Part shown: positions 59,567 through 64,000 of the stretch, one piece after another | How the letters are laid out: each line of letters opens with the position of its first letter | Numbering within the stretch: the first letter of the stretch is position 1 | From: Fibrobacteria bacterium | GTDB lineage: Bacteria > Fibrobacterota > Fibrobacteria > UBA11236 | Reading direction: 5' to 3' | DNA length: 64,000 nucleotides | Assembly: GCA_043745805.1 (NCBI GenBank) | Contig: JAYTSD010000028.1 | Location: forward strand, 32,001 to 96,000 | The notes under the pieces: generated by a model | Database searches by the model: none | What the model saw: only the letters and a program-made list of their open reading frames with translations | Told to the model about the DNA's origin: nothing | Translations under genes and position numbers: made by a program

Positions 59567-62500
59567 TTACGTTAATTCAAACAATAAATCGCCGGGTTGA
59601 ACCTGTTCACCCTTATTAGCGAGTATGCGTTTGATAGTTCCGGCCTTAGGTGCAATAATCACATTCATCATTTTCATAGCTTCCGTAGTCATTAGCTTAT
59701 GGCCTGCTTCTACCTTTTCACCCACAGTTACATTGATTTCCACGGCTTTGCCAGACATTGGTGCAGAGATATGATTGACATTGTCGGGATCAGCTTTTTC
59801 TTTACTTAATACTTTGACGCCAGAGGATCTATCATTCACTACCGCATTGCGACGCCGACCATTCATTTCAAAAAAGATGACACGCGTGCCATCACTTTGT
59901 AATTCGCCTATGGCCAATAATTTTACGATAAGGGTTTTACCTTCTTGAATAGTAATAGCCTGTTCTTGACCTACTTTTAAGCCGTAAAAGAAGGTCGGGG
60001 TATCAAGTACCGATACATCACCAAACTCATCCTGAAAGCGACAATAATCCATAAATACTTGTGGGTAAAGCGCATAACTCATTAAATCTTCATCGGAAAA
60101 AGAACGCAAAAACTTGGCCTTCAAAGTTTTTTGGGCGGTTTCGAAATTATAATCTTCGAGTAATTCGCCGGGCCTACAAGTAATGGGCATTTCATCTTTT
60201 AAAACTGCAATTTGTAAATCTTTAGGAAAACCACCAGGAGGTTGACCCATCATACCTTTCATCAAGCTGATATACGAATCAGGAAATGCTAATTCTTTAC
60301 CGCGTGCAAGCACGCTGGCATAGTTCAAATTATTCTGCACCATAAATAAAGCCATATCACCTACGGCTTTAGATGAAGGAGTCACTTTGACTAAATCGCC
60401 GGACATATCGTTAACCGCGCGATACATATCTTTAACTTCTTCCCAACGATCACCAAGGCCCAAGCTAATGGCTTGCGAACGATAATTGGAATATTGTCCA
60501 CCGGGTATTTCATGACGATATACATCAGCCGTACCGGCTTTTAATCCGCATTCAAAAGGAGCATAGGGTTCGCGAGCAATTTCCCAATATTCCGAAAGTC
60601 TTTGTATAGCTATGCCATCCACACCCGTATCACGCGCATTACCCTGCAAAGCAAATACTAAAGCATTAAGAGAGGGTTGTGAAGTCACACCCGACATGGA
60701 ACTTAAAGCGGCATCGACAATATCTACGCCTGCTTTGGAAGCTTCTAATAAGGCGGCTATGCCATTGCCGCTGGTATCATGGGTATGCAAATGAATGGGA
60801 ATCGAAACGGCATTTTTCAATTCAGTAATCAAAATACGTGCGGCTTCCGGTTTAATTAAACCGGCCATATCTTTAATGCCCAAAATATGGGTACCGGCTT
60901 TTTCTAATTCCTTGGCTAAGTTCACATAATAGGCGAGCGTGTATTTTAAACGTTTGCCATCGGTAATATCACCACTATAACAAATGGCGGCTTCGGCAAT
61001 TTTTCCGGTTTTTAAAACCGCTTCAATGGAAGGTTTAAGGCCTTCTATCCAATTAAGGCAATCGAAAATGCGAAAAACATCCACGCCATTGCGGGCTGAA
61101 AGTTCAATGCAACGATTCACCACATTATCCGGATAATTGGTATAGCCTACGGCATTACCGGAACGAAAGAGCATTTGCAATAAAGTGCCTGGCATTAGGC
61201 GACGTAGCTTGCGTAAACGCTCCCAAGGATCTTCATGTAAAAAACGCAAGGCTACATCAAAGGTTGCACCGCCCCATATTTCTTGTGAGAAAAAAGGGCT
61301 TGTCGCTTGGGCTGTAGCTTGTGCGATGCGGAATAAATCATCGCCCCGCATACGTGTTGCGATAAGCGATTGATGGGCATCGCGAAAAGTGGTGTCGGTT
61401 AAGAGTAAAGCTTTTTGATCCAGTACCCATTTGGCTAAAGCCTTGGGACCTTTTTCGGCAAATACCCGAAAGGCAGGAGAAAGCGGAGTAGTACCCGTAA
61501 CTTGTGGAACCACTGGGACATTGAGCTTCAGCGGTTTTAAGCGTGGATCAATTTCTTTGGAACCATTGACGACAATATCCGATAAATAATTCAATACCTT
61601 ATTGGCGCGGTCGAGACGCGGTTTGAAATCAAAAAGCTCGGGATGATTTTCAATAAAACCAGTATTGCAATCTCCACTTAAAAATACGGGATGCTTTAAA
61701 ACATTTTCCAGAAAAGGAATATTGGTTTTTACGCCACGAATACGGAATTCGCGAATAGCTCTTAAAGCTTTTTTGGCAGCCTGATCAAAATCTAATGACC
61801 AAGCGCAAACTTTAATCAGCAAAGAATCGTAATAAGGGGAAATAACTGCACCATCAAAACCTGAACCGGCATCCAAGCGAATGCCAAAGCCTTCGCCAGC
61901 GCGGAACGCCGTAATTTTCCCTAGATCGGGTGCAAAATTATTGGCGGGATCTTCGGTGGTTAAACGAAGTTGAATGCAGTAGCCACTTTTTTTGATGTGC
62001 TTTTGTGATTCAATGCGAATGAAATCATGGGCGAGAGGATAGCCTTCAGCTATGCGTATTTGACATTGGACGATATCGCGTCCAGTAATAACTTCAGTAA
62101 TAGTATGTTCTACTTGAATGCGGGGATTTACTTCGATAAAATAATGCTGCCCTGCTTTATCGACTAAAAATTCCACGGTTCCGGCATTGAAGTATTTTAC
62201 TTCTTTACCGATTTTAAGCGCGTCTTCGTATAAGCTCTCACGCAATTTGCTGCTGAGATACAAAGAAGGTGCAATTTCTACAACCTTTTGATGACGACGT
62301 TGAATAGAGCAATCGCGCTCGAACAAATGTACTAAATGGCCTTGTTGGTCTCCCAAAATTTGCACTTCAATATGCTTGGGGCCTTCCAAATAGCGTTCAA
62401 TAAAAATCTTAGGATTGCCGAATGCGGCTTCCGCTTCAGCGCGGGAGCGAGTAATGGCATTTAATAATTCTCCACGATCATGCACTATAGTCATGCCGCG

Positions 62501-63019
62501 TCCACCGCCACCTAGGGCTGCTTTAATAATTAAGGGATAGCCAAATTCTTTGGCGAAGAGTAATGCGTCTTGTTCATTATCAATGGCCTCAGGTGTGCCA
62601 GGAATAATAGGCACGCCAGCTTTTTCAGCAATGGCGCGCGCTAGTACCTTATCTCCCAAAGCTTCTAAAGCATAAACCGATGGCCCAATGAAAACAATAT
62701 TGTTTTCCGCGCAGGCCTTAGCAAATGCTGCATTCTCTGCTAAAAAACCATAGCCGGGATGAATGGCATCAACTTGTTTTTCTATTGCGAGTTTAATAAT
62801 CTCATCAATATTTAAATAAGCTTCCACCGGACTTTTACCTAAGCCAATGAGATATGCCTCATCCGCTTTGTACCGATGTAAATGCAATCGATCTTCTTGG
62901 GAATAAATAGCAACGGTACTTATTCCCAATTCCGTGCAAGCACGGAAAATTCGAATCGCGATTTCTCCGCGATTCGCCACCATAATCTTTTTAAAAGTTT
63001 TGGGAGCGAATTTATACAT
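59567..63019 (-). CDS. pyc: Pyruvate carboxylase
   Basis: Biotin carboxylase (ANRGEIA, HPGYGF, ERDCSIQRRHQK), carboxyltransferase (DTTFRDAHQSL, HTHDTSG, HEIPGGQ) and biotinyl domain (EAMKM). Confidence 0.96.
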   Translation of the reverse strand: MYKFAPKTFKKIMVANRGEIAIRIFRACTELGISTVAIYSQEDRLHLHRYKADEAYLIGLGKSPVEAYLNIDEIIKLAIEKQVDAIHPGYGFLAENAAFAKACAENNIVFIGPSVYALEALGDKVLARAIAEKAGVPIIPGTPEAIDNEQDALLFAKEFGYPLIIKAALGGGGRGMTIVHDRGELLNAITRSRAEAEAAFGNPKIFIERYLEGPKHIEVQILGDQQGHLVHLFERDCSIQRRHQKVVEIAPSLYLSSKLRESLYEDALKIGKEVKYFNAGTVEFLVDKAGQHYFIEVNPRIQVEHTITEVITGRDIVQCQIRIAEGYPLAHDFIRIESQKHIKKSGYCIQLRLTTEDPANNFAPDLGKITAFRAGEGFGIRLDAGSGFDGAVISPYYDSLLIKVCAWSLDFDQAAKKALRAIREFRIRGVKTNIPFLENVLKHPVFLSGDCNTGFIENHPELFDFKPRLDRANKVLNYLSDIVVNGSKEIDPRLKPLKLNVPVVPQVTGTTPLSPAFRVFAEKGPKALAKWVLDQKALLLTDTTFRDAHQSLIATRMRGDDLFRIAQATAQATSPFFSQEIWGGATFDVALRFLHEDPWERLRKLRRLMPGTLLQMLFRSGNAVGYTNYPDNVVNRCIELSARNGVDVFRIFDCLNWIEGLKPSIEAVLKTGKIAEAAICYSGDITDGKRLKYTLAYYVNLAKELEKAGTHILGIKDMAGLIKPEAARILITELKNAVSIPIHLHTHDTSGNGIAALLEASKAGVDIVDAALSSMSGVTSQPSLNALVFALQGNARDTGVDGIAIQRLSEYWEIAREPYAPFECGLKAGTADVYRHEIPGGQYSNYRSQAISLGLGDRWEEVKDMYRAVNDMSGDLVKVTPSSKAVGDMALFMVQNNLNYASVLARGKELAFPDSYISLMKGMMGQPPGGFPKDLQIAVLKDEMPITCRPGELLEDYNFETAQKTLKAKFLRSFSDEDLMSYALYPQVFMDYCRFQDEFGDVSVLDTPTFFYGLKVGQEQAITIQEGKTLIVKLLAIGELQSDGTRVIFFEMNGRRRNAVVNDRSSGVKVLSKEKADPDNVNHISAPMSGKAVEINVTVGEKVEAGHKLMTTEAMKMMNVIIAPKAGTIKRILANKGEQVQPGDLLFELT

Positions 63020-63028
63020 AAATAAAAA

Positions 63029-63790
63029 TTATTTATGCGCCTTGGCTGGTTTTTCAGCTTTAGCAGGAGCAGCAGCAACAGCCGCTTTGATGGAAAGCAA
63101 TTCCACTTCAAAAACTAAAGTAGAACTTGGTCCAATTTGTCCACCTGCACCGCGTTCGCCATAAGCTAAGTCGGAAGGAATAAACAATTTGAACTTGTCA
63201 CCTTCATGCATTAACTGCAAGGCTTCGGTCCAACCTTTAATCACTCCGCCAACTGGGAAAGTAGCCGGTTGACCACGTTTGATGGAGCTATCGAATTCGG
63301 TACCATCAAGCAAAGTACCTACATAATTAACGGTAACGGTATCTTCAGCTTTAGGTGAATTTTTGCCAGTTCCGGTGGTGATAACTTTGTACTGTAAGCC
63401 ACTTGCGGTGGTTTTTACATCGGCTTCTTTGACATTTTTAGCTAAGAAATCGACGCCAGCCTTTTTGTTATTTTCAGCTTTGGCTTTTTGAATAGAATCT
63501 TGTTTAGCCATCATTTCTTGTTGGAATGCTTGCATAGTTGCTGTTACTTCACTATCGGATAAAAGGTGTTTGCCGCCGGCTTGTGCATCCAAAATGGCTT
63601 TGTGCAAAATATCCACATTGATATCAATGTTTTGTTGCTTAAAGCTTTTGCCGATATCAAGACCAATACTGTAGCTTACTTTTTCCTTCTGGGTAGTAAG
63701 CTTTGCCGGGATGTTTTTCGAGCTCTCTGCTTTATTGCAAGCACATAAGGCGATTGCACTTGGCAAAATGATTTTCCATAAACTTTTCAT
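63029..63790 (-). CDS. fkpA: FKBP-type peptidyl-prolyl isomerase (FkpA/Mip-like lipoprotein)
   Basis: KVSYSIG, TTASGLQY, YVGTLLDGTEFDSS, VIKGWTEALQLM, IPSDLAYG. Start at 63790 with RBS and lipobox. Confidence 0.92.
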   Translation of the reverse strand: MKSLWKIILPSAIALCACNKAESSKNIPAKLTTQKEKVSYSIGLDIGKSFKQQNIDINVDILHKAILDAQAGGKHLLSDSEVTATMQAFQQEMMAKQDSIQKAKAENNKKAGVDFLAKNVKEADVKTTASGLQYKVITTGTGKNSPKAEDTVTVNYVGTLLDGTEFDSSIKRGQPATFPVGGVIKGWTEALQLMHEGDKFKLFIPSDLAYGERGAGGQIGPSSTLVFEVELLSIKAAVAAAPAKAEKPAKAHK

Positions 63791-64000
63791 AATTCTCCTA
63801 TTTTTATTTTGTTTCTTGGTGCCATTCTTTTTTAAAAATCGAGGGCTGGCCAAATCGGGGAAAAAAGTAGCAAAAAAACTAAAGCGTTGTAGGCTATGTT
63901 GACCTTAGCGGCATGATAATTGACTTTTATTTTATATGGTGTTTAAGCCATCCACCTTGTTACAATGATATTAGCGATAAAGTTCATATGGAGGAGCTAT

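Noticed and set aside
59567-63019. Biotin enzyme as the urea carboxylase partner of atzF
   Set aside because: The domain content (DTTFRDAHQS carboxyltransferase) is that of pyruvate carboxylase.
325-63902. Numerous 60-180 aa ORFs antisense to or nested in the long CDSs (e.g. 14430-14966, 11328-11774, 23297-23737, 53306-53713)
   Set aside because: Shadow ORFs with no recognisable motifs, overlapping better-supported genes.

Overview
Bacterial chromosomal window. It is AT-rich and diderm; a T9SS-type C-terminal sorting domain points to the FCB group, possibly Fibrobacterota (inference only). The left ~17.6 kb is an integrative island whose right end sits at the 3' end of tRNA-Gly(GCC), next to an excisionase-like HTH gene and a tyrosine integrase. 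Its left end was not found and probably lies outside the window. The island carries an unusual, tightly coupled type IV secretion-like operon (3932-16114): up to three paralogous secreted helical (VirB5/TrbJ-like) proteins, three tandem VirB6/TrbL-like membrane proteins (the third with a triple-repeat basic tail), VirB8-, VirB9- and VirB10-like genes, and several orphan envelope proteins. No VirB4/VirB11/VirD4 ATPase or relaxase is visible in the window. Upstream lie a 5'-truncated repeat-rich adhesin-like gene and a lipoprotein gene with a G11 tract. The rest is mostly core genome: Smr, DUF3810-like, ZIP, hldD, nth, ychF, dgkA, mnmG, prc, pyc and fkpA. It also holds several accessory modules: a small-protein/nucleotidyltransferase pair with twin inverted operators; a biuret-utilisation locus (atzF divergent from porin-ABC-BMP-cupin-biuH) with back-to-back sigma54-type promoters and shared palindromic sites; an internally deleted Fic remnant; a membrane-anchored active plus dead C39-like peptidase pair beside an ABC exporter; a Phd/YefM-ParE/RelE TA pair; GTAG-type REP palindromes; and a candidate small structured RNA. 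All calls come from reading motifs by eye; no searches were run.
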